Made by a program: the position numbers and the translations under genes. Shown here piece after piece: positions 8,178-16,479 of a stretch of DNA of 64,000 bases. The number at the start of each line of letters is the position of its first letter. Position 1 is the stretch's first letter. The notes under the pieces were generated by a model, which saw only the letters and a list, made by a program, of their open reading frames with translations, was not told the origin of the DNA and made no database searches. Source of the stretch: Terriglobia bacterium (GTDB lineage: Bacteria > Acidobacteriota > Terriglobia > UBA7540); assembly GCA_035315065.1 (NCBI GenBank), contig DATFYM010000002.1:5949-69948 (forward strand). The letters run 5' to 3'.

Positions 8178-10592
8178 CTATTCGGCACGCAGCGCCACCA
8201 TGGGATCCACGCAAGTGGCGCGGCGGGCTGGAATGAAAATGGCAAGCATGGCCACTGATCCGATCAGCAGCACGCTCACCAGAAAACTGAGCGGGCTCGG
8301 CCCGCCAGCCCCCGCCACGGCGGGAACCATCAGCGTGATCGCGTAAGCGGCCGTGAGTCCGACGGCCAAACCGGCCACCGCAATAACGGCCCCCTGGCGC
8401 AGGCAGAGCCAGAGTACATCCCGGCGTGGCGCTCCCAACGCCATGCGAATCCCTAGTTCCCGGCTGCGGGAACTGGCGGCATAGCTCGCGCTTCCGTAAA
8501 GTCCGACACAAGCGAGCACGACAGCTAGCGCACCCAACACGCCCAGGAGTACGCTGCCCGCGATTTCGACCTTGCGGGCAAGCCGCAGATGCTGTTTCAT
8601 CGTGCTCGCATTGACGAATTCGAGGTTCGGATGTGCCTTGTGCAACTCGCCGCGCACCAGACCCACCAGGGCTGAGGGCTCCCCGGCGGTTTCGACAACC
8701 AGCGTCATCTCGCCGAACGCTGAGCCGAGCGGTACAAATACACACTCCTGCGGCTGCTCATAAAAGCTCGAATACTTTCCATCCTCAACCACGGCCACAA
8801 CCTGCAAATTGTTGTAGCCTTCCGCTTGAATCCACCGCCCCACCACCTGGTTCGGCGGCGTGTTGGGCCACAACCGCCTCGCGGCGGTTTCATTCAGCGC
8901 GACAACCCTCGCGGCGTTCTTCGAAGCCGGCAGATCCTGCCGGACGAAGTCGCGCCCGGCCAGAACCCGAGTCCCCAGCGCGCCAAAGTAACCGGGGCCA
9001 ACGTAGATTTGGCCTACTGACCGCATGGAGTCGGGCGCGTTGCCTCCGGGTGAGGCAATCTTGAGAGAGAACATTCCGGTGTCGCCCAGCGGAACCGGAC
9101 CTGCATACGTGGCGCGTCGCGCACCGGGAAGGGCTCCAAGCTCTTCCGCGACTCCGCCCCAATTCGTGCGCTTCGAGAGGTCGAAGGAGACCACAAGAAC
9201 CAGCAGGAGTTTTCTGTCCACGTCCAAGCCGGGGTTCATTTTCAGCGCGCCGGAATAACTCAAGAGAAACCCGAAGGCGCCGGCAGCGAGAAGCTGCGCC
9301 ACCGCAATCTGGACGATGAGCAGGCCTTTCAGGACGGGCATGCGCCCTCGCGGTGGCGTAAATGCAGCGCTGGTAGCATTCAGGTCCGCGAGCACATTCC
9401 GCCGCGACGCCTGGATAGCAGGCCACGCCCCGAAAGCTATCCCCGTGGCCAGCGCGAGGAAGATGCTGTACAGCAGCACCCGCCGGTCGATGTGGATGCC
9501 GTAGTCCATCGGGATGATCAACGGACTCACGCGATTGAGCGCATAGATCAAGCAGGCAGCGAGCACCAGCCCGATCGCCACTCCGCCTATCGACAGCAAC
9601 ACGCTTTCGGTGAGGAACTGCCGAAAGATTCGCAGGCGGCTGGCGCCCAAGGCAGCGCGAATCGCGGTCTGTTGCCGCTGCCTGGCCGCGCGGGCGAGCA
9701 TCAGGTTGGCGATATTCGCACAGGCGATAAACAGCACCAGATTAACCAGCGACATCAAGATTGAACTGAAAAACAATCCCACCCGGGAGTTTTTCGTTGC
9801 TGCTTCCTCCAGATCGGCTTCGCAGTCATTGTCCGTGGCGGGATATTCCTGCCCGAGTTGCTGCGCAATCAGGTTCAACTCCGCCCGAGCTTGCGCGAAG
9901 GTGCTGCCCTGACGCAGGCGGCCCAGACTGTTCAAGTAACGCGCGTCACGCCGCATGTAATCCGCCTTCTCCAGGGCGGGCATCGAATCGAAGGTGATCC
10001 AAAGATCAACCGGGAACTGGAAGTCCAAGCCGCTAAACCCGGCGGGGGCGATTCCCACCACCGCGTACCCCTGGCCGTTGAGATAGATTGTGCTGCCGAC
10101 GAGGTCGGGCGCGCTGTTGAAGCTCCGCGTCCACAGGCGGTGGCTAATCACTATCTCCGGCACGCCGGCCTGATTCCCTCCCGTTGCTGGCGCGAAAAAC
10201 ACTCCAGCTCTGGGCTTTACGCCTAGCACGGAAAAGTAGTTCCGTGACACGTGGTTGACGGTGTGAACCTCGGCTTGGCCGTGAATTCTAATCAGACCGC
10301 CAGCGCGGTCCCACGCGATTAAGCCCGCTAGCGAACGCGAACGCCGCGCCAAGTCCGCGTAGTCCGGATAAGACATGCCTACTCCCTCATGGTGCCGGAC
10401 CATATAGACATAAACCAGTTCGTTCGGTCTCTCCACCGGCCATGGGTGCAACAGAACAGACGATACGACGCTGAACAAGGCGGAGTTTGGTCCCGTGCAG
10501 ATGGCCACCGATAACATGGCGGCGAGGGCAACAAAGGGATGCTGCCGAACCGTTCTCAGGGCGTGTCGGACATCCAAGAAGAGGCTACCCAT
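8178..10592 (-). CDS. ADOP/MacB-like ABC transporter permease (duplicated FtsX domains)
   Basis: 804 aa. Two FtsX-type modules (FIACANIANLMLARAARQRQQTAIRAALGASR..FLTES and RELGIRMALGAPRRD). C-terminus ARRATCVDPMVALRAE. Confidence 0.85.
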   Translation of the reverse strand: MGSLFLDVRHALRTVRQHPFVALAAMLSVAICTGPNSALFSVVSSVLLHPWPVERPNELVYVYMVRHHEGVGMSYPDYADLARRSRSLAGLIAWDRAGGLIRIHGQAEVHTVNHVSRNYFSVLGVKPRAGVFFAPATGGNQAGVPEIVISHRLWTRSFNSAPDLVGSTIYLNGQGYAVVGIAPAGFSGLDFQFPVDLWITFDSMPALEKADYMRRDARYLNSLGRLRQGSTFAQARAELNLIAQQLGQEYPATDNDCEADLEEAATKNSRVGLFFSSILMSLVNLVLFIACANIANLMLARAARQRQQTAIRAALGASRLRIFRQFLTESVLLSIGGVAIGLVLAACLIYALNRVSPLIIPMDYGIHIDRRVLLYSIFLALATGIAFGAWPAIQASRRNVLADLNATSAAFTPPRGRMPVLKGLLIVQIAVAQLLAAGAFGFLLSYSGALKMNPGLDVDRKLLLVLVVSFDLSKRTNWGGVAEELGALPGARRATYAGPVPLGDTGMFSLKIASPGGNAPDSMRSVGQIYVGPGYFGALGTRVLAGRDFVRQDLPASKNAARVVALNETAARRLWPNTPPNQVVGRWIQAEGYNNLQVVAVVEDGKYSSFYEQPQECVFVPLGSAFGEMTLVVETAGEPSALVGLVRGELHKAHPNLEFVNASTMKQHLRLARKVEIAGSVLLGVLGALAVVLACVGLYGSASYAASSRSRELGIRMALGAPRRDVLWLCLRQGAVIAVAGLAVGLTAAYAITLMVPAVAGAGGPSPLSFLVSVLLIGSVAMLAIFIPARRATCVDPMVALRAE

Positions 10593-10680
10593 GCTGCAAC
10601 CTCCCTAGCTGCTGGGCAACGACGCCGGGGCAGACTCGGTCTGATCTCCTCCGACATCATTTCAGTCAGGGACCACTTGC

Positions 10681-10760
10681 TTCAGACCTCCACCTTCTCA
10701 ATCAGATTAGGGTCATTCATCCCCAGCCGGTGCCGCGCATCGGCGGCGGTCGCGATGTAC
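10681..10760 (-). pseudogene. 3'-terminal remnant (~25 codons plus stop) of a DUF362-family gene
   Basis: Reverse strand reads YIATAADARHRLGMNDPNLIEKVEV*. The intact DUF362 gene at 16480 ends YIATAADARHRLGTNQPSQIEKVEV*. About 85% nt identity over ~80 nt, with no upstream ORF. Confidence 0.65.
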
Positions 10761-10964
10761 GATACTAAGACCCTTGTTTTTCATAAGCGTCGTGGCTTTC
10801 CGAGCCGCGCGGTTTCTGCCATCATAGCGTCTTCAATAGCACCGTGGCTCAAGTTGCCCCAAGAGGATTCTTCGCGTCACAATGCCAAAATCAATTCGTC
10901 AAGATCCCGGTGCGTCGCAGCCTGCTGCCCACTGCCGACTCCCGACCGGGCGACTGCCTTCCTC

Positions 10965-11050
10965 CTTACGGTGGCTTTGCTCTTCACTTCTCTCGATCGA
11001 CTTCCTTTGTTTTCAACGAAATCGGTGGCTTCGATTTTTCAAACTGCGAA
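10965..11050 (+). repeat. Element A copy (diverged core 1)
   Basis: TTACGGTGGCTTTGCTCTTCAC...CCTTTGTTTTCAACGAAATCGGTGGCTTCGATTTTTCAAAC. Confidence 0.8.
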
Positions 11051-11715
11051 CCGATCCCGCTAGCGCCGGGTTGCAACCGCAAGTCCTAGGTTCTGCATCA
11101 CCGCCGCCACCAGGAACCCGCCGAGGAGTATCCCGCCGGCAACTGCATACAGCCGGGCTGCCCGGGTTTGCGCCAGCCCCGCGCCGCCAATCGCGCCCGC
11201 GACGGTGAACTCGGCCAATTCACATGCCGCCCAAGCTGCCAACATGTCCCCGCCCAAGGGGAACATCGAGAAAAGCCCAACATTTCCAGCTACTGCGAAC
11301 ACAAGTCCAAACCCGGCGCCGAACCTGGCGCCGGATGCCGCACCACGGATGTCCAGGTGCCGCTCCAACCACAGCAGCAACGCCGTCAACAGCAGGAAAG
11401 ACCCGTAACCGAAAGGGATTCGCCGGAACATCAGCGCCGGCGGCAAGAACACCGGCCCGGGGTTGACGTAGTACCGCGACAGAAGACCGGCGTTGAACAG
11501 GAAGTCGACGCCGAGGAATGCGATCCACATCGCACCGGCGATGGCGACCATGCGTCCGATGGTCAGCCGCAGTTCAGTGTCATGTGCTGTCGTCGGGACG
11601 TTCATGCACTTCCCTCTGGTTTAAGAAGCTCTCAGCCGTCAGCCCTCAGCTTCCCGCCTTTTGCCTTTCTTTTCTCTTCCTGTCCGCCTGCTACTCGCGA
11701 CCGCTCAACGCCGGT
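11040..11715. repeat. Segmental duplication, copy 1 (181-aa gene plus flanks)
   Basis: Aligns base-for-base with 15240-15850 at offset 4200 (~93% identity), then with indels through the word-rich upstream flank. Confidence 0.9.
11060..11605 (-). CDS. Hypothetical polytopic membrane protein (181 aa), paralog 1
   Basis: 4-5 hydrophobic helices. About 93% identical to the ORF at 15260..15805. No family recognised. Confidence 0.6.
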   Translation of the reverse strand: MNVPTTAHDTELRLTIGRMVAIAGAMWIAFLGVDFLFNAGLLSRYYVNPGPVFLPPALMFRRIPFGYGSFLLLTALLLWLERHLDIRGAASGARFGAGFGLVFAVAGNVGLFSMFPLGGDMLAAWAACELAEFTVAGAIGGAGLAQTRAARLYAVAGGILLGGFLVAAVMQNLGLAVATRR

Positions 11716-11808
11716 TCCCAAAGATGTTCCGGCCCGCAGATGTCAGATATTTTCAGCTTGACTAGCGTCGGCCCTTAGCCCCCCACCTTTCCGTTTTTTC
11801 CTCTGTGA

Positions 11809-12065
11809 CAGGGCGCGACCGTTCGCATCAGATTGCACCTTGACATGAACCGCACGACTTGGCCCATTTTCCGAAAAGCCGCGCCATTCGCCTTCCGCCT
11901 TGGTGAACCTCGGAAATGGGTTCGTGTTGGGTTCGGTCCCGGGACACGATCTTGTGTTTTCAATAAGTCGGTGGCTTCGGTCCTGAAAAAATGATTACGT
12001 TTGATGCTCGACCAAGTGCTGGCCAGAGCAAATCGTCGTGCATGCTGATAATCACATATATAATG
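11809..12065 (+). repeat. Element B copy 1 (~260 nt)
   Basis: CAGGGCGCGACCGTTCGCATCAGATTG...AAATGGGTTCGTGTTGGGTTCGGTCCC...TTTTCAATAAGTCGGTGGCTTCGGTCCTGAAAAA...TGGCCAGAGCAAATCGTCG. Confidence 0.85.
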
Positions 12066-12164
12066 TAATATACCAACATGACAAATCCTGGTCCGGTCTC
12101 TAAACTCAGGTGGTTTATTGACGCACATTATGCTACCCCGAGAGCGATATGCCCGTTTGCGAAT

Positions 12165-12215
12165 CAACCAGCAAATCGGTGGATTCGTTTTTCGAAAAAC
12201 TCCCAGCTTTCAGCC
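12165..12215 (+). repeat. Element A half copy (core 2 only)
   Basis: CAGCAAATCGGTGGATTCGTTTTTCGAAAAACTCCCAGCTTTCAGCC. Confidence 0.75.
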
Positions 12216-12309
12216 GCCGCCCTATCAGCGCCTGCCCATTTGCCCTTTGCCCTTTGCCCTTTGCCATTTGCCTTCCTGCCCGCTGCCTACTGCCGACCGC
12301 TTTCCGCCC

Positions 12310-12425
12310 TCTAACGGTGGCTTCGTTCCTGACTTTTCCACCGCCCGATCCTTCGTTTTCAAGCAAATCGGTGGCTTCGTTTTTGAAAAGCTATCAGCTT
12401 TCAGCCGTCAGCCATCAGCTTCCTG
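12310..12425 (+). repeat. Element A copy
   Basis: TAACGGTGGCTTCGTTCCTGACTTTTCCACCGCCCGATCCTTCGTTTTCAAGCAAATCGGTGGCTTCGTTTTTGAAAAGCTATCAGCTTTCAGCCGTCAGCC. Confidence 0.9.
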
Positions 12426-12478
12426 CCATTTGCCTTTTGCCATTTGCCTTTTGCCTTTCTTTTCTCTTTCCTGTCGGC

Positions 12479-12737
12479 CAGGGCGCGGCCGTTCGCATCA
12501 GATTGAACCTGGACACGAACCACACGACTTGGCCCATTTTCCGAAAAGTCGCACCATTTGCCCTCCGCCTGGGTGAACTTCGGAAATGGGTTCGTAATGG
12601 GTTCGGTCCCGGGGCACGATCGTTTGTTTTCAATAAGTCGATGGCTTCGGTCCTGAAAAAAACGATTACGTTCTGCGCTCCACCAAGAACTGGCCAGAGC
12701 GAATCGTCGGGCATCTGGATGATCAAATATATGATTC
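12479..12737 (+). repeat. Element B copy 2 (~85-90% identical, offset ~670 nt, 1-nt indel)
   Basis: CAGGGCGCGGCCGTTCGCATCAGATTG...AAATGGGTTCGTAATGGGTTCGGTCCC...TTTTCAATAAGTCGATGGCTTCGGTCCTGAAAAAA. Confidence 0.85.
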
Positions 12738-13051
12738 AAGATAACTACCCTATCGTAGCTCCGCATCCGGCCGGTAAACTCCAGTTGTTTAAGTTATTTA
12801 TCAATAACTCTCATGATACCCTTCAACTAAACCGTCTGCCCGTGTATCATTCTCTGGCACAAGCTGCCGGATTCTCTCTCTACGGAGGTTTTTCCTGCCC
12901 ATCACCATCACTGCCAACTCTCAGTTGTCGGCCATCACCTTCTAGTCTTCCCGTGCCGCGCTACTGTCGGCGGGCCCTTTGCGTACCTACCGACTGCCTT
13001 CTGCCGACTGCCGACTGCTTCTTGACGACCCTCAACTCCTCTTGTCAACGG

Positions 13052-14014
13052 TTATTGCGACTTCCCTTTCGCATGTCCTTCTTCACGATAACGGAGAGCT
13101 TCAGCCGCGTCGCTTAACGGGTAGCGCCTGTCGATGACGGGTACAACTTTTCCGGCTTCAAGAAGACTTTTCAGAAAAACCAAATCCTTCGTGTTTATCT
13201 TCGCAATAAAGAAACGCATCTTCTTGCTCCCAATCCGTGATAGGAATGGTCCCAGTAACATAGCTTGAAAAACTCGACCCAAACCACCTCCGACCATGAC
13301 AAAAATTCCGTCCTGACTCAGCGCACGCCGGTAATCGAAAATCGAATGATGGGCGTTCACACCGAGAATGAGATCGTAACGCTGGCCACTTTGCGTGAAA
13401 TCTTCTCGAGTGTAATCAATGACATGGTCTGCGCCAAGCGATCGCGCCGTGTCCACATTCCTCGTACTGCACACGGCAGTGACCTCAGCCCCGAACGATT
13501 TGGCAATCTGGACCGCAAACGTACCCACACCACCAGACGCGCCATCAACCAGAACCTTTTGGCCTCGCTGAATCCGTCCCTTGTCACGAAGACCCTGGAG
13601 GGCGGTGATTGCCGCCACGGGTACAGCTGCGGCATCCTCGAACGATAGGTTGGCCGGCTTCAGCGCCAGTTTATCTTCAACCGCACACACATACTCGGCA
13701 AACCCTCCCACACCTTTTCCCCCGAACACCTCGTCGCCGGGCTGAAACTGTTTTACGTGTCTGCCAACCGCTTCAACTCGCCCCGCGATATCACAGCCTA
13801 TGACCTTGTATTTTGGTTTGAGCAGCCCCCCGATCATCGGGAGGAAGAACAACGGTCCTCTCATGGAGAAACTGTCAAGCGGATTTACAGATGCCGCGTA
13901 GATTTTTATCAGGACCTCGTTGTCCGCGGGGGTAGGTACTGCAATCTCGCTTAGCTGCAACACATCCGGCGGTCCGTATTGCGTGTGTACGATCGCTTTC
14001 ATAAAGTGCTTCAA
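13052..14014 (-). CDS. NAD(P)-dependent zinc-type alcohol dehydrogenase/quinone oxidoreductase family (MDR)
   Basis: MKAIVHTQYGPPDVLQL start region and nucleotide-binding block VDGASGGVGTFAVQIAKSFGAEV. The ATG at 14002 is an alternative start. Confidence 0.85.
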   Translation of the reverse strand: MKHFMKAIVHTQYGPPDVLQLSEIAVPTPADNEVLIKIYAASVNPLDSFSMRGPLFFLPMIGGLLKPKYKVIGCDIAGRVEAVGRHVKQFQPGDEVFGGKGVGGFAEYVCAVEDKLALKPANLSFEDAAAVPVAAITALQGLRDKGRIQRGQKVLVDGASGGVGTFAVQIAKSFGAEVTAVCSTRNVDTARSLGADHVIDYTREDFTQSGQRYDLILGVNAHHSIFDYRRALSQDGIFVMVGGGLGRVFQAMLLGPFLSRIGSKKMRFFIAKINTKDLVFLKSLLEAGKVVPVIDRRYPLSDAAEALRYREEGHAKGKSQ

Positions 14015-14127
14015 GAGTTCTCAGCTCTCGGCCGTCAGCCATCAGCTTCCCGCGCTGCCTTTTGACTTCCGGCGACTCCGTTCTGCCGACCATCGCCTGG
14101 AATGGCCCTCCGACCGTGATCCGTCCC

Positions 14128-14215
14128 CCAAATGGGTTCGTAATGGGTTCGGTCCCAAGTATCGCCTTTCGTTTTCAATAACTCAGTGGCTTCGGTCCTT
14201 CAAAATCGACTGATT
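14128..14215 (+). repeat. Element B partial copy
   Basis: CAAATGGGTTCGTAATGGGTTCGGTCCCAAG...TTTTCAATAACTCAGTGGCTTCGGTCCTTCAAAATCG. Confidence 0.75.
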
Positions 14216-14284
14216 CGCTTCCTTCTTGTCACAGCCTTGACACTGCCGAATGCCTTCTGCCTGCCGTCGGCTGCTTTCCGCGTT

Positions 14285-14400
14285 CTAACGGTGGCTTCGT
14301 TCCTGATTTCTCCAGAGCCCGATCCTTTGTTTTCTATCAAATCGGTGGCCTCTTTCTTCAAAAAGTTCCCGGCTTTCAGTTGTCAGCCATCGGTTTCCGA
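14285..14400 (+). repeat. Element A copy
   Basis: TAACGGTGGCTTCGTTCCTGATTTCTCCAGAGCCCGATCCTTTGTTTTCTATCAAATCGGTGGCCTCTTTCTTCAAAAAG. Just past the DUF4386 gene stop. Confidence 0.85.
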
Positions 14401-14409
14401 TGATTCCGT

Positions 14410-15093
14410 TCAAGGTTGCTTTGGTTCTGAAGCACTATTCATGCCTTTGACCAGAATCCACACCCCGATTGTAAATTCAAAGGGGACGTAGGGAAGGTAC
14501 AGGAAAAATGAAACTTGATGGCCAAACACAGCAAACAGTGTCCCTACCAGGCAAGGGAAAACTGCTATCAGACCCCAGAGAGACAGCGCACGGGGAACAA
14601 TTCTCGATTTGTCGAGCAGGTAATAAAAAAGGATCGCACCCAAACAAAAAGCCAACATACTCAGCGTAGCTCCAACAAAATCCATGGATTCCAACGCCAG
14701 GTTTCCTATCGTCTGCAAATAGGCAGGGTGTCCTGCGGTTACATATTCCTGACTTGTGCGAAGGAGAGAGAAAGAGGCTATTTTGCTGGTAGCAACCAGC
14801 GCCGCTTCTAAGACATAGAACCCCATGGCAACAAGAGCTACGGTTTCGTTCTGATTCCTCAGGGTTATAAAAAGAACGGCCCCTAAAAAGATGACGCCAA
14901 AGGCGGTGATCATATCAACCAAAATGTTTGCTCTCATCAGCCAGGCATTATTGGCAACCTTGATCATACTTTCACTTATATTTCCAGTCGGCGTCAATGC
15001 CAGTTTCAGAATCAGTCCACTGATCAAAGATGTAATCGCCTGAAGAAGAAATGCACCTCCCAAAACTCTTGAAGTACTGTTGACTGAATCCAT
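14410..15093 (-). CDS. DUF4386-like membrane protein
   Basis: About 6 TM helices. C-terminal pattern SRIVPRALSLWGLIAV..LPYVPFEFTIGVWILVKG resembles DUF4386 members (recalled, not searched). Confidence 0.6.
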   Translation of the reverse strand: MDSVNSTSRVLGGAFLLQAITSLISGLILKLALTPTGNISESMIKVANNAWLMRANILVDMITAFGVIFLGAVLFITLRNQNETVALVAMGFYVLEAALVATSKIASFSLLRTSQEYVTAGHPAYLQTIGNLALESMDFVGATLSMLAFCLGAILFYYLLDKSRIVPRALSLWGLIAVFPCLVGTLFAVFGHQVSFFLYLPYVPFEFTIGVWILVKGMNSASEPKQP

Positions 15094-15164
15094 TTCTTAT
15101 TCCCTGTTGTTTATTTCGATGACGCTGTCGATTGACTTCCGCCTACTGACGACTGCTTTCCGCC

Positions 15165-15250
15165 CTCTAAGGTGGCTTCGTTCCTGACTTTTCCAGAACC
15201 CGATCCTTTGTTTTCATGCAAATCGGTGGCTTCGTTTTTCAAATTGGGAA
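15165..15250 (+). repeat. Element A copy
   Basis: TAAGGTGGCTTCGTTCCTGACTTTTCCAGAACCCGATCCTTTGTTTTCATGCAAATCGGTGGCTTCGTTTTTCAAAT. Confidence 0.9.
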
Positions 15251-15935
15251 CTGATCCCGCTAGCGCCGGGTTGCGACCGCAAGTCCTGCGTTCTGCATCA
15301 CCGCCGCCACCAGGAAACCCCCGATTAGTATCCCGCCCGCGACCGCATACAGCCGGGTCGCTGGGGCCTGCGCCAGCCCCGCGCCGCCAATGCCGCCGGC
15401 GACGGTGAACTCGGCCCATTCACATGCCGCCCAAGCTGCCAACATGTCCCCGCCCAGCGGGAACATCGAGAACAGCCCAATGTTTCCAGCTACTGCGAAC
15501 ACAAGTCCAAACGCGGCGCCGAACCTGGCGCCCGCCGCCGCACCACGGATGCCCAGGTGCCGCTCCAACCACAGCAGCAACGCAGTCAACAGCAGAAAAG
15601 AACCGTAACCGAAAGGGATTCGCCGAAACATCAGCGCAGGCGGCAAGAACACCGGCCCGGGGTTGACGTAGTACCGCGACAGAAGACCGGCACTGAACAG
15701 GAAGTCTACACCGAGGAATGCGATCCACATCGCGCCGGCGATGGCGACCAGGCGTCCCATAGTCAGCCGCAGTTCATTGTCATGTGCTGTCGTCGGGACG
15801 TTCATGCACTTCCCTCTGGTTTAAGAAGCTCTCAGCTCTCAGCCATCAGCTATCAGCCATCAGCTTCCTGCCTTTTGCCTTTTGCCCTTTGCCTTTCTTT
15901 TCTCTTCCTGCCGACTACCTGCTGCCGACCGCTTT
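15240..15935. repeat. Segmental duplication, copy 2
   Basis: See copy 1. A direct repeat bracketing the oxidoreductase and DUF4386 genes. Confidence 0.9.
15260..15805 (-). CDS. Hypothetical polytopic membrane protein (181 aa), paralog 2
   Basis: Near-identical to 11060..11605, at an offset of exactly 4200 nt. Confidence 0.6.
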   Translation of the reverse strand: MNVPTTAHDNELRLTMGRLVAIAGAMWIAFLGVDFLFSAGLLSRYYVNPGPVFLPPALMFRRIPFGYGSFLLLTALLLWLERHLGIRGAAAGARFGAAFGLVFAVAGNIGLFSMFPLGGDMLAAWAACEWAEFTVAGGIGGAGLAQAPATRLYAVAGGILIGGFLVAAVMQNAGLAVATRR

Positions 15936-15939
15936 CCGC

Positions 15940-16045
15940 CCTGTAACGGTGGCTTCGTTCCTGACTTTTCCACAGCCCGATCCTTTGTTTTCATGCAAAT
16001 CGGTGGCTTCGTTTTTGGAAGCTCTCAGCTTTCAGCCATCAGTCT
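15940..16045 (+). repeat. Element A copy
   Basis: TAACGGTGGCTTCGTTCCTGACTTTTCCACAGCCCGATCCTTTGTTTTCATGCAAATCGGTGGCTTCGTTTTTGGAAGCTCTCAGCTTTCAGCC. Confidence 0.9.
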
Positions 16046-16264
16046 GCCCGCCACTTGCCGTCTGCCCATTGCCTTTTGCCTGTCTTGCTCCCTGCGACCC
16101 GCTTCTCCTGACTGACGAGAAAGAGAGGAAAGGGGGTGGCCATCTGCCCCAGGGCTTTCGCCCTGGGCTACATTATTTCGCCGCTCCGCGGCTTCCCCAC
16201 CTGCCTTCTGCCTCCTCTCGCCAGCGCGGCCTGTCGCCTGGACTGCCTGCCGGCTGCCACTGCC

Positions 16265-16385
16265 TCCTAACGGTGGCTTCGTTCCTGACTTTCCCACCGC
16301 CTGAGCCTTTGTTTTCTAGCAAATCGGTGGCTTCGTTTTTCAAAAAGCTTTTAGCTATCAGTCGTCAGCCATCAGCTTCCGGTCT
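16265..16385 (+). repeat. Element A copy
   Basis: TAACGGTGGCTTCGTTCCTGACTTTCCCACCGCCTGAGCCTTTGTTTTCTAGCAAATCGGTGGCTTCGTTTTTCAAAAAGC. About 100 nt past the DUF362 stop. Confidence 0.9.
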
Positions 16386-16444
16386 CACTGTGCCACTTGC
16401 GTTCCGGCTTGTCTGGGTCCGGAGCCCGACCGGAAACCGTCTTG

Positions 16445-16478
16445 CAATCGTCAACCGTAAATCGTAAATCGTCAATTC
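16445..16478. repeat. ATTGACG-word array (half palindrome) abutting the DUF362 stop
   Basis: CAATCGTCAACCGTAAATCGTAAATCGTCAATTC. The inverted partner lies at 17671 on the other side of the gene. Confidence 0.8.
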
Positions 16479-16479
16479 C

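Noticed and set aside
11925-11940. GGGTTCGGTCCC resembling a tRNA T-arm (also at 12599, 14146, 60270, 60322)
   Set aside because: No acceptor stem, D-arm or anticodon arm can be built around any copy. The loop differs from the canonical TTCGAAT/TTCAAAT form. It is part of repeat element B.
11775-12167. 130-aa minus-strand ORF spanning element B copy 1
   Set aside because: The second copy of the element has a 1-nt indel that destroys the same frame. The peptide is highly basic and low-complexity, and no start context or family match is evident.
12215-12470. Dense short repeats (GCC(A/C)TTT, CAGCC(A/G)T words) that at first glance resemble a repeat/spacer array
   Set aside because: There is no constant 25-40-nt repeat separated by unique spacers. 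These are microsatellite-like word arrays flanking element A, and no cas genes are in the window.
12853-12868. TGGCAC..TGC resembling a sigma-54 -24/-12 promoter
   Set aside because: The GG-to-GC spacing is two nt too short, and no suitable downstream gene exists on that strand.
8045-16385. Element A copies as integron attC sites (co-oriented, 3' of genes, sense-strand ends like GTTAGAG/GTTAGGA)
   Set aside because: The two cores are direct rather than inverted, so the R''-L''/L'-R' fold is absent. The GTTRRRY match is imperfect. No intI or attI is present, and one enclosed gene (8178..10592) is far larger than a typical cassette.
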